From Oculina patagonica (taxonomy: Eukaryota), in contig NC_135765.1 of the NCBI RefSeq assembly GCF_052425735.1, forward strand, positions 32,488,001-32,552,000: 64,000 nt of DNA. The letters run 5' to 3'. Positions within the stretch are counted from its first letter, which is position 1. Each line of letters begins with the position of its first letter. Below are positions 39,764 through 50,676 of this stretch, in pieces. The notes below the pieces were generated by a model, which did no database searches, was not told the DNA's origin, and worked only from the letters and a program-made list of their open reading frames with translations. A program made the translations under genes and the position numbers.

Positions 39764-42131
39764 ATCATGTCATAGTAAATTAATAATAATCTGAAGTTGA
39801 AGTATTGACAAAATAAAATAAAAAGGTGTTTTTTATTGTTCAAGAGTTATGTGCTGTTTTATCGCAACTTGACAAATCTTTTGACAACTTTTGATCAGTT
39901 CATCTGAATTGACCAAATATCAAAGTACAGGGCATTTGGTTATTGTAGTTGACATGAAAATATTTGGATATGCTCCATCAGCAGCATGTCTGTCAATTTT
40001 CCCAATTCTGCTTTGCTACCTATATAGTCATGTTAATTGGCTTTCGTTTCTTGATGCTTTTTGTATTTAATAATTGGATTAAGAATTTTTTATTTCTATG
40101 GGGTACTTATCTTCCTTGGCAACTTCGGAGAATGTGACCCTTCCTGTGTACTACTTCCAGCCACTGCACACTCGTGGCTGACAGCGCATGAAAGCTTCAC
40201 CAACCAGATTGCAGCATTTGCATTAGAACACTAGTAGAATACTACTAATGCAAAATATCGTGCAATGTTGCAAAGATTTTCCTGGTTTCCTAAATCCTTC
40301 CTTCTCTTCTCCTGTCCCCTGAAGAGGTTTCACCCTTTTTACTCTCAGGTTCCTGCCCCCCTCCCCTCCCCCTCTGCCATACACACAATCCAGTGGCAGA
40401 TCCACACCTTCAGGTAAGCTGGGGCCCCGATCATCCAGACCCTGAAATAAGAGGGCGGCTTGCTCTCGAAAATAATTTTTCTCAGCCTTTTGTGCCTCAG
40501 TGTGGCGTAAAAATAAGGTGGGGCCACGGGCCTCCCCTAGATCTGCCACTGCAATCAGCATTTCATACTACATTGTAAAAATTGCAAGTATTGAAAGCTG
40601 TTTTTGATTTTTATTCAGCATTGTTTTTTTATCCAGTAGCTAGTCGTATGTAACATTTCACCACTGCATCTAGTTATTTATGCATTAATACTTTCTTGCA
40701 GTATATCTTAATATTTTATAACCATGCCTGAATTTAATTTAACAAGGGTTTTATATATAAATAACTTTGTACAGCCTGAGGCTTTTCCCCAGGGGGGGTA
40801 CTCCGGCTTGTAAATGACAGGGATGATCGAATGGAGGCAAAACTCAGGACCCAAAAAAATCCCTAAGTCTTCCGACATTACCCAAAAAAATCCCTGGACC
40901 AAAAACAACCCCTAAAAAATCCCTTGTCAAATTACCCCTAAGAACTCTTGTTTTGTTTATACATCATACCATAAATGCGCCAAAGCACTTTAGTTCGTTT
41001 TTAATACCCCAAAAAATCCTCTATCTAAATCAAGTCACCCAAAAAAATACTTGCTAAATTTTCCACAGGCAGCCCAAGCTAATGATAAGAGCCACAGTAC
41101 TCTAAGACTCAATTTATAAGGATTTGTATGGGGATGAAACAGTTTTCTTTTACGATATAAAAATTCGAACATTTTATGAATAAAATTGACTTACACTGTT
41201 GCAGTTTCGTGTTCTTTCTTGTTTGCCAGCTCCTCGAGCCAATTTGAAGCGATTTGGACGAGTTATTGCTCGGCGAAATTTTGAACACGTGTACTTTATT
41301 AAATATTCCCAAGGCTGGAAACTATTTTCGACAGCATCTCACTCAAAGCGAAATATCTTCCGTGAAATTGGTCAAATCGCTACAGAATTTCCAGCACCGT
41401 AATCTCCGGTAATTTCTCTTTCCTATCGTTGTCCATTTAGTTCCGAGTGCCCCAGTGAAGCGTAGAAAATTCTTCCAAAGTGCGAGTTTTGCTTTTCTTG
41501 TTATGCGCGGCCCATCAAACCACACACAAAATGGCGTCAGGTCGACAAAATCGACCTCAGTGGCGGAGGGCATGGCGATATTGTCATTAACTCTTAAATA
41601 CGCTGTGGGATCCGGAGAGGGCGATTTTTTACAGGAAATAGAAAATCACCGGCACGTGATTCCTTAAACGCCGGTTTTTATTTCCGGTAAAAAATCGCCC
41701 TCTCCGGGTCTCACAGCGTATTTTGGAGTAAGTAAAAATAACTTAACAATAATGCCCCCCACCGCTGAAGTCGAAGTATCGATTGTTGCTAAGTCTTGCG
41801 CATGGTTTGATGAATAAAACTACCATGATTCCCTGCAGGCGCGCAACATAGAGGGAATCGGCCATTGAGGAGGCCCGATTAGGGGTTATCAGGATACGGG
41901 ATATTTAGAAAAAAATAACAGGATATGGGATATTTTGGGGGAAAAATTAATGGGATATGGGATATTTTAACAAGTGATTCTGGGACATCGAACATAAAAG
42001 TTGGGGATACAAACCATTGGAATTAATGGATATGGGATATTTAGGCCAAAAATAAATGGGATACAGATACTCAGACATCCGCCTAATGGGGCCTCTTTGA
42101 GATCCAACAGACTAGCCAACCACTATAAACT

Positions 42132-42569
42132 CCCGGGGGGTACTCCCATAAATTTCAGATAGGGGTGTGCCGCCAAGGTTCCTAAACCCTGACCCTATTT
42201 AAGGATAAAGAAAGCAAAAATTGATACCCTTTTTAAGGCCCAAAACCGAAAAAATGACACCCTATTCAAGGGGAGGGGAAGCGTTCCGTGATGACGCAAA
42301 TAACGGCTAACCGCACAAATCTTTATAAAATCGCTTTTCTAATACCTGAACAGAAAATTCAGTTTTAAGATTTCTTTTTTTTTTTCGTTTAGCTGGGCGT
42401 TTATTTTAGCTAATAGAGTTTAGGTACCCTATCTAAGGATCACACCGGAAACACATTGCCAAAAGGAGCAAAAATGATACCCTATTCAAAGACCGAAAAC
42501 CTCAAAAACCATACCCTATCGGGCGGTACATACCTATATAGGCCACATATGGGAGTACCTCCCCCCGGG
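42132..42569. mobile_element. CCCGGG-ended element with 8-bp TSD (tataaact)
   Basis: tataaact at 42124-42131 and 42570-42577. Ends are cccgggggg-tactcccata ... tatgggagtacctccccccggg. Confidence 0.85.
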
Positions 42570-42686
42570 TATAAACTGTAGGCTCAATTTTTGCTGCCCT
42601 TGAGTCTGGTTCCTTCCTGAGGGCGGAGCACATGTTCATTTTCTGAACAGTGACTCAACAGTGGCTGGTTATTAAGCCTGTATAAG

Positions 42687-43658
42687 CTACTGTTTAATTA
42701 AATTTTCCCAGCCTGGTGGCCTCTTAAAATAAACCTCAGTTGCAGTTTGGGAAAGCTTGCTATGTTTGTCTCCACCAGCTTTTGCTGATTGTTCAAGAAC
42801 GGTAAACAGACCAAAATGATCACTTGGTAAAACATCAGTTTTTGCCGTCTTATCACCCACAATTTTCATTTCTTTCACTTCAAAATCTGACAGTTTGCAA
42901 AAAACACGATCAAGCCGATCCTTCAATGTTGATTCTCCATACTTCCTAATAAAAGGATTCTTGCTCTGATCCCAGGTGTAACCATTACTGTCAGTGTGAC
43001 CAGGAAGTGCCAGCCATGCATCGATCCACGGCCTGGGAAGAATAACCTCACCATCAAACTGCCTTTCAATGTTCATATCACCCATCACACAAACATTTTC
43101 AAAGGAAGAGAGTATTTTCAAGGACTCTCTTAAATGTTCTTCACGTAATTTAGCAAAGTTTCCAGAATGTTCCAAGTGGGTAGTTGCAATCACAAATTTT
43201 GGAACAGTACTTTCGGTTTCTGCTATGATCAGTTTAAGATTAAGGGGGGAATTTGTTAAAGGGTAGCTATGCCATTTTTCCACGGGAAATACGCTTAAAA
43301 TGACCACAAAATACCTCCCTTCTTTAGCGACATCAGGTGGAATCAAATGATATCGAGAAAACCAACGCTGTTTTTGCAAAAGCGCAAGGTTATCCGCAGT
43401 GACTTCTTGAAAAGTCAAAATATCTGGCTTGAGACCTTCCACGATCTGTCCCAAGGCTGTCATTCTTTCTTCCATCTTTTCAGTATCGAACCAAATGTTA
43501 AATGTGAGCATCCTGATTTTCGCTGATCGACCAGTTTTGTAAACAATGTTTGAGCCATTGCGGGATGGAAGGCTTAGAAAAGCACGAAGAACGAACACGG
43601 CGATTATCAGTATTGAAAGTACTAGTAATGGGCCACGAGAAATAGGAAACGAAGACAT
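42687..43658 (-). CDS. TDP2-like EEP-superfamily phosphodiesterase with N-terminal signal anchor, intronless
   Basis: 323-aa ORF with EEP motifs TFNIW, TFQEV, TTHLEH, MGDMN, GYTWD, DRLDRV and PSDHFGL. Residues ~11-31 are hydrophobic (LLVLSILIIAVFVLRAFLSL). No UBA-like N-terminus. Confidence 0.88.
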   Translation of the reverse strand: MSSFPISRGPLLVLSILIIAVFVLRAFLSLPSRNGSNIVYKTGRSAKIRMLTFNIWFDTEKMEERMTALGQIVEGLKPDILTFQEVTADNLALLQKQRWFSRYHLIPPDVAKEGRYFVVILSVFPVEKWHSYPLTNSPLNLKLIIAETESTVPKFVIATTHLEHSGNFAKLREEHLRESLKILSSFENVCVMGDMNIERQFDGEVILPRPWIDAWLALPGHTDSNGYTWDQSKNPFIRKYGESTLKDRLDRVFCKLSDFEVKEMKIVGDKTAKTDVLPSDHFGLFTVLEQSAKAGGDKHSKLSQTATEVYFKRPPGWENLIKQ

Positions 43659-46414
43659 AACTGATGATATTGTTCAGCTTTGTAAGTCCTTCATTCTTGT
43701 GAACCTTTACGGGAGTCGTTGTGGCGAAAAACCGCCAGGCATCGCCAAGGACACTTTATTGACCATACACCACAGGTCTCCCGCGGTAGTTTGACGGTCA
43801 CGCAATGCTTCGCGTTACCTGCCGACCCGAATAAGCCAAAACAGGAGCAATAATCGAATATGGCCGACTGGCCCAGACTATTTTTTGCCTATTTTGCGAG
43901 CGGCTCAGGTTTCAAGATCTTTTTTCGTAGTTCGCCGAATATGAAACGAAATAAAGCGCTTGTGGAAAAAACGGATGCAGACCTCTATTAAACCGCGCGA
44001 ATTTTGGCGGGTCCTAGTGACACCCCAAATTACACGCGCGCGCTTTCCGAGCGTCTCCACCAGGGCGAGAGAAGCCTTCTTCCGCCTTGGTCTCCACCTT
44101 TGCCAAACGGAGACGCAAGTAGACGCAAGTTTTCAACTTGCTTCCACTTGCGTCTCTGTTTGGCCACGACGTGCGTGCACATGCGTTGACTTGCGATGAC
44201 TTGCGTTCAACCAAACGGTGGAAAACTTGCGTTGACTTGCTTTCAAATTTGAGTCAAATTTGAAAGCAAGTCAACGCAAGTTTTTTTGGCCACCCAACGC
44301 AATTCAACGCAAGTTTTTTACCCGGTTTGGCCACCCAACGCAAGTCAACACAACTTTTGCTGTTTACTTCAAGTACTGAATTGCAGTAGTATTTGAATGA
44401 CCATTTTGAAACCTTGTGCGCACTTGCGAGTAAACTTGTGAGCCCGTTTGGCCGGCCAACGCACGTCCGTGCGCAAGTTCAACTTGCGTCTACTTGCGTT
44501 ATCGTTTGGCCGTCAGGGCTTTAGATTTCACGCGGCCATTTTCCACAAGCGCTTTATTTCGCTTAATACTCGAAGGGCTATAAAAAAGGGAATGCTCGTT
44601 GTCTAATAATGGACCGGCTAGAAAGTATTCTGATACATTGGCTGATTTTAGAGGCCCTGCCAAGGGTAATTCCGACAAGCGACATGGCCCAAAAAGTAGC
44701 GACAGCACATAAAATAAAATCGCGACAAAAGAACCCTTCTCAGCAAAATTCTGATAGCGATCGACATCAAGGTAGAGAAACGGGGGACAAAGAACAGCTG
44801 TTTGGTATATTTTTACATTAATTTGAGAACCAAGAATGGTCAAGAATGAGGCTGAAGTAATTTATTGGTCGCTGTGCTATAAAACGCGAGATTTGAACAA
44901 TGCCCCACCCTTTCCCCGCTCAGTGGAAAACAGATTTAGATTCCGACAAAGACAAGCAATTTTCCTTTCAATTTCCGACAGCAACGCAGTGAAGTGCGTT
45001 AAAGGCAGCAACACGGGACATTTTTAAATTCAGACAAGCGACAGCAATCCAAAAAACTCTATGCTCATTTCAAAAATCTATGTTTTGAGAATTTTTTGGT
45101 AAATTTTGAGGATTTTGGGGAGGAGATAGTTTTTCTCAAAGGAGTAGTAAAATTTCGAAAAAATAAGAAATATGTAAAATTTAGTGTGATTTTAAAATTA
45201 GAATTTGAAGTTTAAAATTAATAGATGGCCACCAAAACAGTTCCTTGACAACTCAACCTAGGAGTGCTCTTGCGTGGGGGTCAACTGTTTGGTTCTGTTT
45301 TAAAAACAATTTTCTTTTTTCTTTCTTTTCTTAAAACCTAACATTTCACTCACCTCCGGCTTAAGTTATCGGCCCAACTGGGTGACTAGTTGTGCAATAA
45401 AATTAACTAGATATATTCAGACTGTGTGCGCCGAATGTACATGCAAAGAGAATTACTAAATACACCCCGCTGTATGAGAGTAATGAAAACTCATCTGCTT
45501 AGTTAAAGACTTTATTTTTAATTGTTATTAAACTGACTAAAAGAATGAAACAAAGCACAATTGGTTATCATCGTGGTTGGGGGTTGATGCAGAAATAATG
45601 AATATTGAATACAAGCTAAAAAGTTCATAGTGTAATACTGAATATTTAATTTGAAATTATTTGACATAATGAATATTTGTCACAGAAAGATGAATTAAGA
45701 ACACAATTCATCGAAAAAGGTCATGAATAATGAATTACCCGTGGAAAATCGGCCACTCTTGGATTCTGTTGAATTACCACTACAACCCCCAACTGTCAAT
45801 TAGAAACTTTTAGTTTCGGATCAATTTTTGATGCCTAAACACCGCACACCACAGCGGCAATTAAAATGTTATAAAACACCTAGTTACATTTTATATTATC
45901 GCCTCTTTGTGTACTTTAGAGATCGATGACAAGTCACAAAATGTTTTCTACAAGGCTTGCTAAATGACTTTGTATTAGAATGATAAATAGCTCGCCTAAA
46001 GCGCAATTAATTGTTTTTGTTTTTAGCAAAACCATCAAATGCTAAATTTGTCCGATATTTTCGCTGTCCTTTGTCAATCATGCCTCATAAACCAATCATA
46101 ACAGCTCGTCTTAAAATGTTTTTGCACGTGAACAAGAAGCACTGCGCAACTTTAATTTTCTGCTTCAATTTTGTCGGGGTCTCCTAAACAGGTGCAAACT
46201 TTCTTCTCGAATACTCCAAGCTATGCTAATTTTCAGCTCAAATCCACCTTAATTTTTCCTTCATATATATTACACACGATCAAAATTCCTATGGATTTTT
46301 AAACTCGCAAATCTACCTTTTCTAGAGCTGAAACAGTCATTAAAAGAACGAAATCGAAAACGAAACTGTGTTTTTATAAATAACCCAGAGGGTGTGTACT
46401 AAGTCGCCATGGCT

Positions 46415-48007
46415 TTAAACTTGAATTTCTTCGCCACGCAACGCCGTCGTTTCATCCATGTTTTCAATGTGATCAATGTTATCCACTGGTTCTTCATTCG
46501 CAGGCACATCGTCAACATTCGCGGCATTTTCGGCGGTTTCGTCAGCCTCCCTGTAATTCAGCCTTTTCGGTCGGTTTTGACGTTTGCACCATCGAACTGT
46601 CAACAGAATTGTGGCAACAAGGCTAACAAGGGCTGCAAAACCCAGAATCGAAAAACCAGCAATTTTCACGATTTCGTTTCCGGCGCGATGCTTTTCGGTT
46701 GTGCTTTCTGTGGGTGTAATAGCGACAGTGCTGTTCTCTGTAGGTGGGGTGGACTGTCTGAAAAGCGCTCTCACGCGATTTAATGAACCGTTATTCGGTG
46801 CGGGCTCGATTCCAAGTATGTTACAAATCAGCGGGTAAATGTCTATGAGCTCGAACGGCTTGGAGGTAAAGTTTTCTTTGAATGCAGGTCCACGAGCGAT
46901 GAATAACGGATACATGTCCTTGTTTGTGTTACTGTAGCCGTGATCCCCTCGGATTTTTCCGAGCGTAATGTTCCTTTCTGGTAGTTTTGAGCTGCGTGCG
47001 TACCAACCCTCTTTCATCAACCCGACAATTGAACCAATTCTTCTGTTGTGCTTGAAATGCAGGTCATCTGGAACATCGTCCTTTTTGTACACTTCATAGA
47101 CTTTAGTTTTTCTTTCCCCTTCCTTAAGGCTATCATACACGTAATCTTCTTTGCCTGGTTGCGGCTGAATGGTAAAAAACGCCTTGTTCCCGGCCCAAGC
47201 ATCATAGGTGCTTGCGTTCACGATGCCATCAAAGTCTATAAAGTTACTTGTGTTATATGCTGACATTCCGTGGTCGGAAGTGACAATAATATTGACTTCG
47301 TCTAGCAAATCGACCTGTCGGAGCCGATCTAAGAGATAGCCAGTGACATTTTTATCGTAGTCTCTGATGGCAGCCTCAATTTCAGGCGAGTCAGGGCCAT
47401 AGTTGTGTCCGACTGTGTCAGTTTCCAAAAAGTACATTGCCACGAAAGTCGGAGGGCTGTCTGCGGTTAGCCATTTTATAACTGTGTCAATTCTTTCCTT
47501 CGCTGGCATGCGGTTTTCTTTGGAAGCGAACGGTTTAGAATATTTAGTGCCGTTTGTACTGAAGCTGGGGAAGTAGCCTCGAATTGCGACATCGTACCCC
47601 GGCCAGAAGCTCGTACCGCTTTTAAAACCGTGTTTTTGATTAGTGACCCAAACTGGCTCGCCGCCATCCCACCATCTTGTCTCGTTATTGTTGCTGTCAA
47701 ACGCGGCTCTAAATACAGGATCAACCATTTCATTCGCGATAATCCCGTGACTTTCGGGATACAACCCTGTGACAATGGTGTAGAGATTTGACATCGTAAC
47801 CGTTGGAAACACGTTCTTAACGTAAGGCGCTTTCACTCCAGTTTTCGCTATGAAGTCTAGGTTTGGTGTATCGGTTTTAGACATGTAATCCCAGCGAAAT
47901 CCGTCCAAGCAAATCAAAATCACTGTTGAATTGCTTGATGCTGAAACAAACGCGACGCAAGCGAGAAAGGCGAAGAGCGCCAACCCTGACAACCTTCGAT
48001 CGAACAT
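46415..48007 (-). CDS. Ectonucleotide pyrophosphatase/phosphodiesterase (ENPP4/5-like), type I membrane protein, intronless
   Basis: Signal peptide; LDGFRWDY; FPTVTMSN...TGLYPESHGI; WWDGGEPVW; ETDTVGH; TSDHG; GDHGY; FIARGPAF; APNNGS; C-terminal TM helix and acidic tail. Confidence 0.93.
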   Translation of the reverse strand: MFDRRLSGLALFAFLACVAFVSASSNSTVILICLDGFRWDYMSKTDTPNLDFIAKTGVKAPYVKNVFPTVTMSNLYTIVTGLYPESHGIIANEMVDPVFRAAFDSNNNETRWWDGGEPVWVTNQKHGFKSGTSFWPGYDVAIRGYFPSFSTNGTKYSKPFASKENRMPAKERIDTVIKWLTADSPPTFVAMYFLETDTVGHNYGPDSPEIEAAIRDYDKNVTGYLLDRLRQVDLLDEVNIIVTSDHGMSAYNTSNFIDFDGIVNASTYDAWAGNKAFFTIQPQPGKEDYVYDSLKEGERKTKVYEVYKKDDVPDDLHFKHNRRIGSIVGLMKEGWYARSSKLPERNITLGKIRGDHGYSNTNKDMYPLFIARGPAFKENFTSKPFELIDIYPLICNILGIEPAPNNGSLNRVRALFRQSTPPTENSTVAITPTESTTEKHRAGNEIVKIAGFSILGFAALVSLVATILLTVRWCKRQNRPKRLNYREADETAENAANVDDVPANEEPVDNIDHIENMDETTALRGEEIQV

Positions 48008-48668
48008 GTTGCAACGGTCAGCTCAAACAGCCTCCCAAGCTGAACGCGTATATAAACATTTACTCATTAATTCACTTTGCAGAAACTAAAACCACGACGC
48101 GAAAAAGCAAATTTACATATTTTAGCTGATATTAGTTGCGGTCAAAGGATTTGTTAACCCACTATGACAGATAAACAAAGGTGTATGTATGCAAATCAAA
48201 AGACATACATAAAATCAAATCGATCGATCACTCATCCGTTCAGAACAGACACAAAAAGCGACGCAGGCCAAAGAGTCAAAATTGACCGGAACAAATAGAT
48301 CAGTGTCGTCGGTTAGAAAAAAATTATAAAAACGAACTCTTTAATAGCGTCATTCGGATCTCGTTTACGAGTCTTTTGAAATTCTTGTAGCCTCACGACA
48401 GCGGGAGTTCTGGGTGTAACCGCAGAGAAAGAAAATAATATTATCATTAGCGAGTGGTCCCGGGTGCGGTGCCTGCCTCGTTCCGAGTTACTTTGTCCCA
48501 GTTCCTGCGCTTTCGTCCAGCGACTAATCGCAGGCGCGGCTGTCATTCGGATCAGTTTGTAACAATGAAAGTATGGGGTGGTCTTTTTAAGCTATACCAG
48601 GCACACTTTCGTGAAATCAGGCGGGTTTTGTCTCCTAGTTTTGTAGAATACGACTTTAATACAGTCGA

Positions 48669-48880
48669 NNNNNNNNNNNNNNNNNNNNNNNNNNNNNNNN
48701 NNNNNNNNNNNNNNNNNNNNNNNNNNNNNNNNNNNNNNNNNNNNNNNNNNNNNNNNNNNNNNNNNNNNNNNNNNNNNNNNNNNNNNNNNNNNNNNNNNNN
48801 NNNNNNNNNNNNNNNNNNNNNNNNNNNNNNNNNNNNNNNNNNNNNNNNNNNNNNNNNNNNNNNNNNNNNNNNNNNNNNNN
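48669..48880. other. Assembly gap (N run)
   Basis: Run of n characters. Confidence 1.
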
Positions 48881-49040
48881 ATCAACCAATCAAACAGTCA
48901 GTCAGTCAGTCGGTCGGTTCGTCAGTCAGTCAGTCAGTCAGTCAGTCAGTCAGCCAGCCAGTCAGTCAGTCTGTTAGTCGGGTGGTCAGTCAGTCAGTCA
49001 GTCAGTCAGTCAGTCAGTCAGTCAGTCAGTCAGTCAATCA
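48881..49040 (+). repeat. (CAGT)n microsatellite abutting the gap
   Basis: Direct reading of the sequence. Confidence 0.95.
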
Positions 49041-49785
49041 ATCGTACAATCAATTCCTTGCTGGTTGAAAAGCTCTGTCACTGCCTCTAAAAAAACACTT
49101 TCTGAATGGAGGAACGAAAGTTTCAGTTAGAGATAAGATTGCTCCACTATCGAAGGCTCCACCTCACGAGTAGACAGAACAGCGCCCCCTCCCCACCCTC
49201 CACTGAGGGCAACCCTCGCCTGGCCAGTAAGGGCAATTTTCGCAACATAGCATAAGTTAACGATAATTTGCGACACTTAATTTTCGCGAATTTGGAGAAT
49301 TTCACTTTAACATTTTTCTATTGACATTAAATTTTTGTCGCAAAATTATACAGATTATACAGTTATTTTATAATTGTTTAGCAGATACATCACTATGTTT
49401 GCCTTGTTTGTTTGTCTTAGCTTGTAAATGATAACAGACCGATTCGATCTACGTGTTTTTCACATTCAGTTCCGTTTTACAAACAAGATACGAAGAACAA
49501 TAGCAGAAACAGAAAAATATTATATCCAACGCAAAAAAGAAAAGAAAAGAGTGGAAAGTTTAAATCGTCATGCAGAGACATCAAAATAACACAAGTGCAG
49601 GGTAAGGTAAGCTACTTTTATTTGAATCCTTTACTACAAGTTGAATTTAGAGCGATTTTCAAACCATTCTCATACATTCTCTTAAATGGCTCAGAACGTA
49701 ATGCAATATTGTCACGAATCACAAACACTGAACGTCTGGGCTGTCTTTGCTGATCGCAGGTTAAAATTACCTCAGTGAACTTTCT

Positions 49786-50676
49786 TCAGTTTTGACTCGG
49801 AATCATATTTCGTAGCATGTCCATGATAGCGAATCGAATGTTTCTCATTCTCCAGCAGTAAATAACTGGATTTAAAGATGAATTAAGAAACAAAAGAGTC
49901 CAGGAATAGAAATAAAATCTCTCCATGAAAGTGGTACTTGGATAAATAAAAATACTTAAAACTAATCTGCAATACTCCGGCAAGCAACAAGCCAGAAACA
50001 CAAGATATATGTAGAATGCACTAACAGCAGATTTTCTCAATCTTGCAACATGTACCATTTCGCCATTCTGTGAAACTTGTTGTATTTGTAGGACTTGAAT
50101 TTGATTTGTGTGGCGTCGTACAGTCAGATAAATTTTGCAATAAATAATTGTTGTACAAATGAAACAAAGACCGATTACTATAGCGAAAACTACGGAAACA
50201 GATGATTTGTCTAATGGGATAAACGAAGCGGTTTTTGATGAGAGAATCGCACTGAACACCCATATTGAAATCACCACAGCAACGACGCGCTTGTGAGTCA
50301 CAAGTTCCGTGTATCGGAGATGAAGATGAATTGCCAAGAATCTGTCTACACCCAAAGCCACAACACCAAAGAACGAAGTGTAAACAAATATTCCCGAGAT
50401 GAAGTAATACGCGGTTATCGTCGAATGAGAGAGAATGCTTTGTTGCAACAGTTTGGCCATCCTAGCGATGTAAAACGGCTGAATTAGTAAACCAACACCA
50501 AGATCAGACACAGCAAGACTCAGGAGCAATGTTTTTAACGGCTTTGGCAACGACGAAGTTTTTCTCATCGCGAGGATTGTTATAATGTTCAACATGACGG
50601 CGGTGTAGGAAGAAAAGGCGTTCAACACACAATTAACAATATATGAAAAATACAGCGGGTCTTCGTCTGCTCTCAT
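49786..50676 (-). CDS. Orphan class A (rhodopsin-like) GPCR, adenosine/melanocortin-receptor-like cnidarian type, intronless CDS
   Basis: Seven hydrophobic segments; LLSLAVSDLGVG (TM2), VDRFLAI (DRY-like), IWVFS, ACCLP, NSSLNPVIYCWR. First in-frame ATG is at 50676; the ORF track starts at a TTG at 50787. Confidence 0.9.
   Translation of the reverse strand: MRADEDPLYFSYIVNCVLNAFSSYTAVMLNIITILAMRKTSSLPKPLKTLLLSLAVSDLGVGLLIQPFYIARMAKLLQQSILSHSTITAYYFISGIFVYTSFFGVVALGVDRFLAIHLHLRYTELVTHKRVVAVVISIWVFSAILSSKTASFIPLDKSSVSVVFAIVIGLCFICTTIIYCKIYLTVRRHTNQIQVLQIQQVSQNGEMVHVARLRKSAVSAFYIYLVFLACCLPEYCRLVLSIFIYPSTTFMERFYFYSWTLLFLNSSLNPVIYCWRMRNIRFAIMDMLRNMIPSQN

Noticed and set aside
48454-49068. 204-aa ORF with QSVS repeats
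   Set aside because: Artefact of the N gap plus the (CAGT)n microsatellite.
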